DNA from: Prasinococcaceae sp. CCMP 1430
Lineage: Eukaryota; Plantae; Prasinodermophyta
Assembly: GCA_013416795.1 (NCBI GenBank)
Contig: RQSC01000004.1
Coordinates: 208,787-272,786 of the forward strand
DNA: 64,000 bases
Direction of reading: 5' to 3'
In this document: positions 11,437 to 22,868 of the stretch, piece by piece
Layout of the letters: each line of letters begins with the position of its first letter
Position numbering within the stretch: the first letter of the stretch is position 1
Made by a program: the position numbers and the translations under genes
The notes under the pieces: generated by a model
Told to the model about the DNA's origin: nothing
The model's input: only the letters and a program-made list of their open reading frames with translations
The model's database searches: none

Positions 11437-14400
11437 ATGGTGGTGAGCGAGCGACTGCTAGAGGCGCTACGCACGGCGGTGGACGCCGAGGCCGCCGAGC
11501 GCGCGTCGCGCGACCTGCTGGCCGTACTGCTGCGGTCTAGTGGCGGCGGTGGTGGCAGGGCCGACTCGGCCGGGGCAAGCGGCTCGTCGCAGAGCACCAC
11601 AGCGGGCGTCGTCAAGGTCGTCTCTGCCGCCCTAGCGGAGCACTACCGCTCAGTGGATGCCGCCGAGCGGTGCGCGCTCTGCCTGGCGGCAGCGACCGCT
11701 GGGCAGTCAGGCATGGTAACTGCGACGGCCCTGCGGCTCGAGGGCGCGCTCAAGGGCGCGGTGTGCGCTCTGCGGCAGCACTGGAGGGAGCCCAGGGTCG
11801 CGGCTGCGGTGAGCAAGGCGATTGCGAGGGCGTGCTCGGCATCCGCCATCACGGCATCGGCATTTGTCAAGGAAAAGCAGGCACCGAGTGCGCTTACTAA
11901 TGCGCTGGGCGCCGCTGCTGGAGCTGACGTGGCCGACGCGATCGCCGCGCTCCTTGACCTGCTAAGTGCCCTCACGAAGCACGAGCGCTGTGCTACGAAA
12001 GCCACTGTGGACACCACGCTACGCGCCATTCGCGCCGCGATGGCCGCGTCGGCGAGGGAAAGCCGGTGGGAGGCACTCGGAGCGGCAGCGCGCGTGCTGA
12101 AGAACCTCGCGAAGTGGGACAGCAGCCGCTCGGTGCTGCTCGGTGCGCCGGACGGCGCGCGCACGCTCGGCGAGCTGGTGAGGCTGCTGGCATCCTCTGA
12201 GCCGTCCAATCCCGCCGCGCGCCAGCTCACCAAGCGCGCGTATCGCGCCCTGTGGATTTTGGCTGAGAGCCGTCTACCCGCACTGCCGACTCTCGACGCG
12301 TCCTGGTCAGCAAGTGCCTTTCCATCTACAGGAGCGCCTAGCCCACTCGTCTCTGCCGAGAACGACTTCGAGCGCGCCATTTTCCCCGAGGCGACAGATA
12401 TACTGCAGCCCTGTGCGAACGACGAACGCGAGCAGCAGCAGCAGGCGCAAGGCGTCGCGCACACTGCGCACGCAGTGCGAGGTGGTGGATGGGTCGTGCT
12501 TGTGGCACCGCCACCGTCAGTGCTGGCGGCGCCCCCGCCCGCGAGGCCTGGCTCGCACGACGATGTCTTTCATACGGAAGGGCGGCGGCTTGCGCCGGCC
12601 ATGATGCTGCACGAGCTGCGTCGGATTGTCGAGCACGAGGACGTGCGCAACGAGATTGTGTATCATAATGAGGACGCCGGTGGCAAGTGCTCACCCAAGG
12701 TGTCTCTCGCGCCTCCGCAGGCAGGGGTGGCAGAGCCCACACCTCGCGCACCGACTGCGACGATGCTCATTACGCCGTCGGTGCCGCGCGCAATCGCCGA
12801 CGGCGCGTGGGATGACATCCTGGGGGGACTGCCGCTGCCCAGCGACTTCGAAGCGAGCGCTGACGCACATTGCGGTGCTGGGGGTGCCGATGTTGCGGGC
12901 ATGAAAGCAAGCACTGCGCGCGGGGGCTGGTTCAGAGGCAAGTGCCAGGTGCAGCGGTTACAGCAGCACAAACCAAAAGCATCGAGCGGCGAGGGAAAGT
13001 ATCAGCAAAGGCAGAAAGGAGGCTCTGGGAGCAAGGGGACGTCGAAGTGCGAAAAGGGGGGCAAGAGTGCTGGCAAAGCTGTCAAGGACGGCACGTCCAA
13101 GCCGACGTACGAGATTGCGCACCCTGCTGTGCATGCCTCCGTGCCGCCGATGCCAACCATCTTCCCGCCCGACACGCGGCCTCCATTTACACATCGTGTG
13201 GCGGTGCCACCCCTGAGCTTTGAGAGTCGCTTCGAGAGGTGCGTCGCGACAGGACTATCATACTTATGCTTGTGCACAGAGAGTCCGGATGCGCTCATGC
13301 CCTGGCGTACTGACGCGCATGCGATCGCCACACCACACTTCGTGTGCGCGCGTGAACAGCGGCAACCTCAAGCGCGCCATACGTGTCCATCCCACAGAGT
13401 ACGATCTCATTCTTGCGGAGGATCTGAACGACCCGGACAACCACTGTCAGTGGTTCTACTTTGCGCTTGCGGGTGTGGTGCCTGGTGTGTCGTACAAGCT
13501 CAACATCGTCAACATGGGGAAGAAGGACAGCCTTTTCAACGACGGGCTTCAGCCCCTCGTCTGCCCGGCCTACAAAGACGAGCAGAGAGACGCCGCTGGC
13601 GCGGGGGCGGGGCACAGCACGACTGCGTGGCATTGGCGACGCGCGGGCGAGCAAGTGTGTTACTACGCGAGCCCATACAGGTATCGTGCTGCACCCGGTG
13701 CAGCAGCGGCTTCGGCAGCCTTGCGCAAGGCGGCTGGACGCAAGCCCAAGCGTGAGTTCGGCAAAAATTCGTCGCAGCAATCTTGCGGCACAGGTCTCTA
13801 TGCACTGACCTTCACTTTGGTCTTCGCACAAGCTGGGGAGCACTGTAGTACTGGCGGTAGCGTCTCGACCAAGCTGCCAGGTGACGCGACATCATATTAC
13901 GTCGCTGCGAACTACCCCTTTACGTACACGGACGTGCAACGCTACCTTTCTGCGATGCTATCAAGCAACAGGATGGTCGGCGGTCGCCCGATGCGAGAAA
14001 TTTGCAGGCGCACGTCGCTCTGCCGTACGCTAGCCGGGCACACGTGTGACCTGCTCACAATCACTGATTTTTCTGCGAGCGCAGCCGAGGTTGCTGAGAG
14101 GCAGTACGTTGTGATCAGCGCGCGGGTGCACCCGGGCGAGACGAACGCCAGCTGGATGGTCAAGGGCGCGCTTGACTTTTTACTCAGCGACGGCACCGTG
14201 GCACGCCAGTTGCGCAAGACGTACGTTTTTAAGGTTGTGCCCATGCTCAACCCTGACGGCGTGATTGCTGGTCACCAGAGATGCTCGCTTGCGGGAGTGG
14301 ATCTGAACCGGTTCTGGGCGTCCCCAAATCGCAAGAAGCACCCGACCATATTCTACACCAAGAAGATGATCGAGTGCATCGTCGCAGCGCGCTCCATGCC

Positions 14401-14977
14401 GCTTTTCTGCGACCTGCACGGTCACAGCCGCAAACAGGAATGCTTTTTCTTCGGATGCGATGTGGACAGCAAGGTCAGCTCATCTGCTGCGCCCACCGAC
14501 AAGGACGGTGAGGGTGCAAACGTCAAGAGCTTTCGCGCAGGCGCTGGCGTCGTAGGCGCTAAGGGCTGCGGGAGCAGCGAAAGGGCCCATGGCATCATTG
14601 ACGACGAGACCGCTACCGCGGCGCGGGTGCGCGTGCTGCCATTCCTACTCAGTCGCCGCTCGGCAGCTTTCTCCATGCCGCAGTGCAGCTTCAAGGTGCA
14701 GAAGTCGAAGCATTGCACTGCGCGTGTCGTCGTCGCGCGCGAGCTGGGTGTGTCGAACAGCTACACGCTCGAGGCGTCCATGGGCGGGTCACAGAACAGA
14801 CATTTTCGGACGACCGACCTGGAGGACATCGGCAAGTCGCTGCTGCTGGCGCTGGCGGACGCTGCCGCATCCGATGAGGAGCCGCTGCTGATTGCCGTTC
14901 GCGGAGAGATGAGGCGTCTCGAGGAAAAGGCAGCTGCGGGTGTGAACGCTGTGGTAGAGGCCGAAGCGGACGATTAA
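11437..14977 (+). CDS. CCP1: Cytosolic carboxypeptidase 1 (Nna1/AGTPBP1-like tubulin deglutamylase, M14D); intron 13239-13359
   Basis: ARM-like N-terminus; FESRFE|SGNL, QWFYF, YPFTY, SARVHPGETNAS, PMLNPDGV, GVDLNR, DLHGHS, SYTLEAS. The GTGCGT...AACAG intron restores FESGNL. Confidence 0.9.
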
Positions 14978-15037
14978 TATAATCTGATTAAAGCACCTGC
15001 GGGAAGGCGGAGAGAGGTATCCCTCCGCAGGAGCTAG

Positions 15038-18000
15038 CTAGCCGGTGGATGTGTCTTGTGTGGTATCAGCGAAGGTGGGCTGCTCGCTCGAAAGCTGGAC
15101 CAATGGCGTGAAAGAGCTCCTGTCCAAAAATGTGCTCTCGTCAAGCGCGACCACCGGCGCTGCGGCCGTTTCTCCCACCGCAGCGGCGGCAATTGGTGCG
15201 CTAGCGTTCACGAAGGGCACCGACGCATTCCCAGCGATCACCGCCTGCATTTCGCCGAGGAAGGTGGCCTGCTCGGACAGGTACTGCTCCGACTCTGTTG
15301 CGGCCGCCTCCCAGCCCGAGAGGTCGCCACCCAATGCGGCGAGGAGTCCATCAGTGCCCTTGGAGGCCTTTTTGTGGCGCCGCGGTCTCTGGTGCGTGCT
15401 CCTGGCGCCGTGATCGCGTTCCCGCCAGCCCGAGTAGGGATGCCCGGGCAGCGCCTCCTCGCGCGACTTCACTGCATCCAGCTGCGCCTGCCGGGCCTCT
15501 TCCGCCGCGCGTGATGCTGCAAGACGCTCTTCCTGTAGCCTGCCGCGCTCGTCCGCCATTGCCAGCCTGCGCTCGTCCGCCTCCTTGCGCTGCGCGGCGA
15601 GGCTAGCCATCGCCTCGTCCACGGCGGCCCGGTCCTCCGCTGCCCTGACACGGTCGGCGGCTGCCTCAGCAGCTGCAGTGTCTGCCCGCCGCCTCTCTCG
15701 TGACGCGACCTCAAGCGCAGCGGCAGCCTCAGCGCTCTTGGCTTGCACGGCAGCGCCCAGGCGAGCCAGCCGCGCGGCCTCGCTCGCCAGATCCTCACGC
15801 TCGCGCTCCGCACGCTCGCGATGGGACTCGTATTCCGTCCTCGCGCGCGTCGCCTCGGATACCATTCGCTCGGCCTCCAGGGTATCATGCGCGAGCTTCT
15901 GCTGCGCGACGCTTGCCTTGGCTTCAATATCGGCGAGCTTCTGCGCCGCGTCGACCTCGGCCTTGACGCTGGCGTCTCGCCGAGCGTCAAATGCTGCGCG
16001 ATCCCTGTCGAGCTGCGATCTCGACTCAGCGAGCTCTCTGAAAAAGGCCTCATGGTCCGCCTGTCGGCGATCGCGCACGGCTTCGAGCGCCGCCCGCTCG
16101 CGCTCGAGCACTGCGGTCGCCTGCGCACGCTCGGTCGCGAGTGACTCGACGAGCGCGTCGCAGCGCGCTTGCTCGCGCTCCAGCCGCGCTTTTTCGGCGG
16201 CGCCGGAGGCCTGGACCTCCCGTAATGCCGCTGTCAAAGTCTCGCCCAGAGCGGCCAGATCAGCATGCGCTCGCACTGCGGCCTCCTCTGCTCTGGTAAT
16301 CTCGTCGAGGCGCGAGCGCATCGTGCCTTCCAACGAGGCGACATTCTTCTCCCTCGCAGCCATGCTGTCAGCCCACGCATCGCTCACGTTTGAGCTGAGC
16401 TTGTGGGCGCTAGCAGCGAGCCCCTCCACACGCACTGCGAGCGCCTCGACCCTCTCTAGCACGTTGTTGTGCTTCACATCGCCCTCGTGGCGCTTGCGCG
16501 CCGCAGACAGCTCGTCTGAGCGTGCAGCAAGCTGTCCGGTGAGCCTAGTGTTCTGAGCGCGCAGACCGTCCACTTCGCGTGCGTGGGACGCACGCAGCGC
16601 GTCGAGCTCGGCTCGCAAAGATGCGATGGTGGCCAGGTGAGTCTGCGTCTCCTCGAGGTGCCTCGCAGCTGCGTCGGCTGTGGCCGAGCCCTCCTGACCC
16701 TTAAGGGTGAGTTCTGCCTCGAAGGTGGCCGCGCGAGCCTCGGCCTTGGAGAGTGCCAGACGCGTCGACTCAAGATCTGAGCGAATGGAGGCGGTCGTTG
16801 CGCGCTCGGCCTCGAGGGCGCGCGACTCCGAGGATGCGAGCGCTTCGGCGCGTGCGCGCTCGCCCTCGGCGCGTGCACGGCCTTCCTCGGCCATTTCGCG
16901 TAGGCGGCGTTCCTTGAGAAGCGCCTGAGACATTTGTGCAACCTCGGTATTTTTGCCCGACCCGCTTGCGGACGCCTGGATGCTCGACTGGATTGCCTCC
17001 TTGAGCTCCGCCATCTCGGCCCGCAGCCGTGCCTCCGTCTCGGCCGCTGCGCTCTTGACAGCCTCAACGTCCTTGAGGTGCGCTTCCTGCACGACGGCGA
17101 GCTCAGCTGCTATGGCCATGCGCCCGCCGTCGTTCGTCGCGTCCGTGCGCGCGGAATGCAAGGAGCTATCCAGCGACCGAGCCGAGCCGCCGTACGAGCG
17201 CCCACTGGTCCCACCAGTGCGTGCCGTCGACGGCGCCGACGTCCGACGGCCAGAGCTAGGGCCAGCAACAGCTGCGGGATCGCGCGAGCCTCCATTGGCG
17301 CCATCGTCACCCTCGCGCGCCGATGACAGAGACGGCTTGCCGCCGCCGAGGCCGCCGCCGAGGTTAATGCCAGGGACTCCGCGAGCGCCCTCGGTGGGCG
17401 CGCGGGCGGCATCCAGGTCAGTATCGTCGAGCTCCTCGGTGAACTCGTCCGCGGCGCCCTTCGCGGCGCCCTCTGGGCGCGGCGGTTCGCTCTTCAAGGA
17501 GGGCTCACGGGGTGTCCCGGCGATGGAAGTAGAGGCTGACTTGGTCCCGTCCCTCGCCCCGGTAAAGCGAGCTGACAGGGACAGCGAGTCCTCCCCGGAG
17601 CTGCCCGTCCCGCGCGCCGTCGAAGCGCCAGAAGAAGTCGTGGAATGTCCCAGTTGCCTCCGCTGGCGCCCCTGCCCAGCGTGCGGCGCAAACGACGGGA
17701 CGTATCCACCCACCGCAACGAGATCTTCGCTCTCCTCGGCGAGCGTACTCTCTTCGTTCTTTGGTTCGTCCCCTCCTAGGCCCAGCATGTCCAGCGGGTC
17801 TCCCCACTCGTCTGCGCTCGACTTTGGCTTGGGTTCCGACCTGGACGCAGGAGCGGAGGAGGCCTTGGGTGGGCTGTGGACCCCCTTGAGCAGAGGCTTG
17901 TCGAGCGAGCTTGCACCATCACCAGGAGAGAAGGTGGGCAGACCGCCTCGCCTGCCGGTGCGTTCGCCTGCAGATGAAGGCTTGGAGCCTGCCGCGGATC

Positions 18001-18600
18001 CTGGCCCAAAGGCGTCCAGCCCCAGGTCGCTGGCCGTGCTGTCGGCGGGGGCGCCCGACTCGAGCACATTTCCCATCGAAGACTCGGCACTGCCATCGGG
18101 AGCGGGCTGTAACTCCGCCTCTGAGCTTTCCCCATCGGCAAAACGCGCGTCGACGTGCGGCTCCTTGGTCAGATCGTGCGGCATCGAGCGCGCGTGCGTG
18201 GCCCTTGAGTCTGTCGGAGGTGCCGCCCCCCCCGCCGCGGCCATCGCACCCGCCGCCGGCGGCGCGTTGATTTCTTCCTCGGACATGTTCTCGATGTCGT
18301 CGAAGTCGAGAGGCATCATGGCCGGCGCATCCTTCTTCGGCTCGGCCTTGCGCGACTTTCCCTTGCTTGACTTCGGGCGCACGTCGTCGCGCGCGTGGCG
18401 CGCAGACTTGGCGCCCCCCGCGTCGTCCTCTTCACCGAAGAGCGCGTCGAGACCCGAAGACAGGGCACCTGCGCCGCGCGCGGATTTGGAGCCGAGCGGG
18501 GCGAGCTCCCTCGATGATCCCTCGCCATCGGCACCCGCGTCGTCACCCCCATCGCCAGGCGCCGGGAGCTTGCCATCGAGCGACGGCACGCGCCCCGCGC
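15038..18600 (-). CDS. Large coiled-coil protein, probably Fas-binding factor 1 (FBF1)-like basal body/transition-fibre protein; true start unclear
   Basis: Acidic low-complexity N-terminal half, about 550 aa of E/R/A coiled coil, and a terminal helix EQYLSEQATFL resembling the FBF1 C-terminal motif as I recall it. Confidence 0.5.
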
Positions 18601-18671
18601 CGCCGCCGCCCGCCCCTCCCAAACACAGCGCAGACGCGATCCCCACCAGCGCGAGTTCCGCGCCGACGTAC

Positions 18672-18805
18672 CTGCCGTCGAGGTGCGCAGGCGCGATGGC
18701 GTTGGGGAACCACATCGGGCGCGACGCGGCGGCGGCGCGGGTCGCCGAGCGGCGGGTGGCCGCCTTGGAGGAGACCGCGGCGGCGCGCGCAACGACGACG
18801 GACAT
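18672..18805 (-). CDS. Orphan first exon of a light-harvesting chlorophyll a/b-binding protein (LHCA/LHCB4-like): transit peptide plus RPMWFP
   Basis: MSVVVARAAAVSSKAATRRSATRAAAASRPMWFPNAIAPAHLDG followed by a GTACGT donor at 18671. It matches the LHC N-terminal consensus RPxWfPg..pPxxLDG. No GFDPL exon was found downstream. Confidence 0.75.
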
Positions 18806-18863
18806 GGCTGCCGGCTGGGGGGGGTGGCGGGGGTGCGATGCGACTCGCGCGCTGTGTGGCACG

Positions 18864-18864
<1 letters not shown>

Positions 18865-18899
<35 letters not shown>
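18865..18899. repeat. G35 homopolymer upstream of the LHC exon
   Basis: Read directly from the sequence. Confidence 0.9.
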
Positions 18900-18901
<2 letters not shown>

Positions 18902-19386
18902 GCTTCGCTTCCCCCCCTTCCTTCTCGCGCGCTGTCCCCCCCTCCTCCCCCTTTCCCCGCGCACCCCTCGTCCGTCCCCCTCCCCCTCCCGTGCTCAACA
19001 CCGACGCCATCTCGCTGGTCATCTCCACCAACACGCACCCCGCCTGCGCCCTGCGCGGCGCGCCTGCTGTGTGGCACCCCCCGCCCGCGCGCGCGCATGC
19101 GGTTTGAACTCGTTCCCCCAACAGCTAGCGCTCTCTGCCCCGCCCGGTTTGGGATCCGGGTGTTCTCCCTCGGGATGAAAAACGGGGAAAAAGGAGGTGC
19201 GAGGCATAATACACTCATATGTACATATGATCGACACACGGGAGATGCAGTCTAAATGAACGGATATGAAATTCGTGAAAATAAAAATAAATGTACCTCT
19301 TCGAACAATCAGTTATTATTTCGGCGGCAATGAATTAATGGATGGCGCCCCCCGCCCCCGCGCCGGTCGTGTGCTAGCACTAGTGA

Positions 19387-20766
19387 CTAGTTGTCGTACA
19401 CGGAGCCTGGCGAGGCGGCCGCGGCCTCCACGGCCTCAACGGCCTCCACGGCCTCCACGGCGAGGCTGGCGTGCCTGCGCCCGAGCTCCGCGGTCTCTAC
19501 CGCGGAGCTCAGCTCATTCACGCGCTCAGAGAGCGCCTGTAGCTCCACCGCGCGAAGCCACTCAAGCACGGCAGCGTCCGTCCACGGCGCGCCGATGAGA
19601 CCGCCCGCCCCACCCGCGCTGCGCCCTCCGTCGCTGGCGACCCAGCCCAGGTGGCCCCCAGCAGGAGTTATCACCAGGTGGCAGCGCGCCTTGGCCGCCG
19701 CGGCCGCGCGTGGGGCGCTCGGGGGATGGGAGATGGGATCGTCCGCGGCGTTGATGGCCAGAAGCGGGCACACCACCCTGTCGAGCACGCGACCGGACGA
19801 CGACGAGTCATAGTAGTGCTTGACGGAGTCGAAACCGAAGCAGCGCCGCGTGATGGCCTCGTCGAAGTCGTAGATGGACTTGCTTCGCAGCGCGCCGGCC
19901 ACGTCGGCGGGCGCGCTCGAGCGGCCGTTGCCGAAGCGATGCGGCTCGGCCTCGAGCACTTCGAAGGCGCGCAAGTTGTCCGCCATCTTCTCCGACATTG
20001 AGGCGCCCAGCCGGCGGTTATACACGTTTGAGAAACCCTTGCGGATGTGCGTCATGCTCGCGTCGAGCTCGAACGGGTTGCACAGCGACGCGACCGCGTC
20101 GAACGGCACATCTGCGCCCTCTTCTGCGCAGTAGTTGACGAGGATGTTGGCGCCCAGAGAGTAGCCCGCGGCGAAGCGGAAGGCCGCGCGCGGCCACTGG
20201 TCGACGGCCTGCTTGACGGCCAAGCGCACGTCGTCGGTGAAGCTGGCCGAGTAGAACTGCGGCGTCTTGAGGGGCTCGCCATCGCACCCCCTGCACGTGA
20301 ACGCCACGCAGCGGTAGCCCTGGCGCGTCGCCTCCGCCAGGAGGTGGCCGACGTAGGCGTCGGCGCTGCCGCCGCCGAGGCCGCTCAGAACGATGAAGAG
20401 CGGCGCGGTCTCAGGGAGGCTCGCCCCCTCGTCCACCCAGTCCAGGCTCGCGGTGCCACCGTCTTCGTGGTTCACCACCGTTTCGCGCGTGTACGTGACG
20501 CGATCGCGTGGGAAGAGCCGCAGGAACGCCGGCAGGATCGTCTCGAAGTGCTCGTTGAACGCGAAGAGCGCGTGCGGGACGTATCGCTCGCGGAGCTTCG
20601 GGCAGCGAGAGAGCACCGCGTCGGCCCACGTGGTGTCGTGGCCGCTTATCACCTCCGGGTGGGATGACCGCGCGCGCTGCCGCGCCGACGCGTACGCGAG
20701 CGCCGCCGCGACGGCAAACGACAAGCCGGCGGTCACCGCGAACACTGTCGCGGCGCCCGGTCGCAT
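19387..20766 (-). CDS. Alpha/beta hydrolase, ABHD1/3-YheT-EMB8 family (esterase/phospholipase); 5' end abuts a gap
   Basis: N-terminal TM, HFETI, DGGTASLDW, GLGGGS..YV, RGC, nucleophile GYSLGAN, FDE.ITR..FGF...YY...SS, NAADDP, GGHLGW. Confidence 0.92.
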   Translation of the reverse strand: MRPGAATVFAVTAGLSFAVAAALAYASARQRARSSHPEVISGHDTTWADAVLSRCPKLRERYVPHALFAFNEHFETILPAFLRLFPRDRVTYTRETVVNHEDGGTASLDWVDEGASLPETAPLFIVLSGLGGGSADAYVGHLLAEATRQGYRCVAFTCRGCDGEPLKTPQFYSASFTDDVRLAVKQAVDQWPRAAFRFAAGYSLGANILVNYCAEEGADVPFDAVASLCNPFELDASMTHIRKGFSNVYNRRLGASMSEKMADNLRAFEVLEAEPHRFGNGRSSAPADVAGALRSKSIYDFDEAITRRCFGFDSVKHYYDSSSSGRVLDRVVCPLLAINAADDPISHPPSAPRAAAAAKARCHLVITPAGGHLGWVASDGGRSAGGAGGLIGAPWTDAAVLEWLRAVELQALSERVNELSSAVETAELGRRHASLAVEAVEAVEAVEAAAASPGSVYDN

Positions 20767-20813
20767 CGCCGCGGCGGCTGCAGCGGCGCCAGCCGCGCTC
20801 GCTGCCGCCGCTG

Positions 20814-21006
20814 NNNNNNNNNNNNNNNNNNNNNNNNNNNNNNNNNNNNNNNNNNNNNNNNNNNNNNNNNNNNNNNNNNNNNNNNNNNNNNNNNNNNNNN
20901 NNNNNNNNNNNNNNNNNNNNNNNNNNNNNNNNNNNNNNNNNNNNNNNNNNNNNNNNNNNNNNNNNNNNNNNNNNNNNNNNNNNNNNNNNNNNNNNNNNNN
21001 NNNNNN
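20814..21006. other. Assembly gap
   Basis: N run. Confidence 1.
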
Positions 21007-21819
21007 CGCCCCGTGGCGCGCGCCCCACACTGCGGCGCCGGCGCGCGCTGTGGCACCGCGTCTCCCGTCGCACCGCGCGCCGCGCGGCGCGCCAGCCACA
21101 CGCGGGCAATTTCGCGTCGGGGGGCGCGAAATCCGCGCGGGGGCGAAAAGCCCGACGCCGCGCATAGATGCGGACGCACCTTCGAAGCCGCGCGGCGCGA
21201 CGCGGACAGAGCGCGCGCGAAAACCGAACCGCGGCAGCTTCAGGCCACACCGCCTCGCGTCGCAGCGCGCGGTGATGGTCACCTCGTGCGCACACTTTCC
21301 CGTGGGTACATCTGAGCCGTCTAGGAGCGCTGAATCGTTCGTCGAGCGTCCGCGGCGCCGGCCTGCGCGGATGCTGCTGCGCTCAGGACTTTCGGCTTTC
21401 AACAGACAGTACTGTACGGTGAGAGCTGTGATTGAGCTCTGATTGAGAGCTTTTCGAAGGCCGATCCGCAGAAGACAGATACGGCCGAATGGCAGCTGGG
21501 CACGTGTCCCCGGGCACTCGTGCGTGTAACGGCGTGGTTCTGATTCGCCGTCCCCCAAATTTGGCGTGAAAATTGCCGGGACGAATTCGGGAACCGCCGA
21601 ATCGTGCCACCCGACTCATGCGGGGCTGTATGAGGGTTTGAGGTTGTTAAAAACAGTCAAAGATAAGCACGGGCGCCATTGAGAGGCCGCGGCATTTCGC
21701 GGGGGGGGCGCGCGAAAAGAGCTGAAGGGCTTTGGGTTGTCGTTGTCGGCGGCGGCTGTCGATTGGGTTTCGCGGCGCGCGCGCGGCACGCGCCACACGG
21801 GCGCCGCTGCGCGCGCGTA

Positions 21820-22786
21820 CGCTCGCGCCGCTCACGGGACTCGTGGCGGGGGCGCTGCACGTCGCGACCGGACCCGACCACCTGCTCGCGCTGGCGCCCA
21901 TTGCGCTGGTGTCGCGCGCCGACGCGGTGCGCGCGGGCATGCTGTGGGGGCTCGGGCATGGCGCGGGGGCAGCCATCCTCGCCGTGGGCGCGGCGACGGC
22001 CCGCCTCCTCGCCGGCGCGCTCGTGCCGGGCGAGGTCGCCGCCAGGACCACCGTCGAGCTCATGTCCATCGGCGCGGAGGTCATGGTCGGCGTGCTGCTG
22101 CTCGCGGTGGGCGCACGTGCGATTAAGCAGGCCGTCGACGGCATCGAGACGATCGACCTCGACGCGGAGCACACGCACACACACGGGCACGGCCACTCCC
22201 ACTCGCACTCGCACGCACACTCACACTCACACTCGGGCGGCGGCAGTGGCGATGTGGACGCGCTGCAGTGGCAGGGCTTCGGCGTGGGCGTGATGCACGG
22301 CGCGGCAGGGGGCAGCCATCTGCTCGGCGTGGGGCCCGCGCTCGCGCTGCCGCCTGTCGCGACGGTGATCTACCTGCTGGCGTACCTCCTCAGCGTGACG
22401 GTGCGACGCAGCGCAGTGCGCGGGATCTCTCGCGCGTGCGCCGTGTGCCGAGCGCCACGCGCCAAGCATGACGGACGGACGCGCCAGAGCATTATTTATG
22501 AGCGCTGCTGACGGCGTGTGCATGCGCGGCCGTCTCGCCCATTTTGCATCCTCGACTGCACACGTGCCCCTGCGTGTCTCCCCAACCCTCGCTGTGCGTC
22601 CAGGTCGCGATGGCGGGCATGGGCGCCATCATCGGCCGTGTGGCGGAGGTGACCGACAAGACAGGGCTTACCGACGGCTTCCGATGGGTTCTGGGCGGAA
22701 CAGGCTTCTTCGCGTCGGTGCTGGGCGCGCAATGGCTCGCCCAAGCGGTGCCCTCCGCGAGCATGAAGCTGGCGCTCTTGTTCTGA
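21820..22786 (+). CDS. UreH/NiCoT-related metal permease (plant CGF-like) with a His-rich loop; intron 22401-22603; start missing
   Basis: GALHVATGPDHLLALAP, WGLGHGAG, HTHTHGHGHSHSHSHAHSHSHS, GVGVMHGAAGGSH and several TM helices; phase-0 GTGCGA...TCCAG intron. Confidence 0.82.
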
Positions 22787-22868
22787 GCCTGACCGCGGCG
22801 CTCGGGCGGTCCACAAGCGTCTGCGTCCTGTGCTTCACAAATAAACATACATACGTGTACACCGCGGT

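Noticed and set aside
16953-19178. Long antisense or alternative-frame ORFs (also 31974-34652, 58853-60616, 25469-27547 and others)
   Set aside because: These are expected shadows of real CDSs at high GC and have no motifs of their own.
21380-21680. Lower-GC intergenic patches as snoRNA, tRNA or small mobile elements (also 31930-32030 and 58810-58960)
   Set aside because: I identified no cloverleaf, paired C/D boxes or terminal repeats; they are most simply promoter regions.
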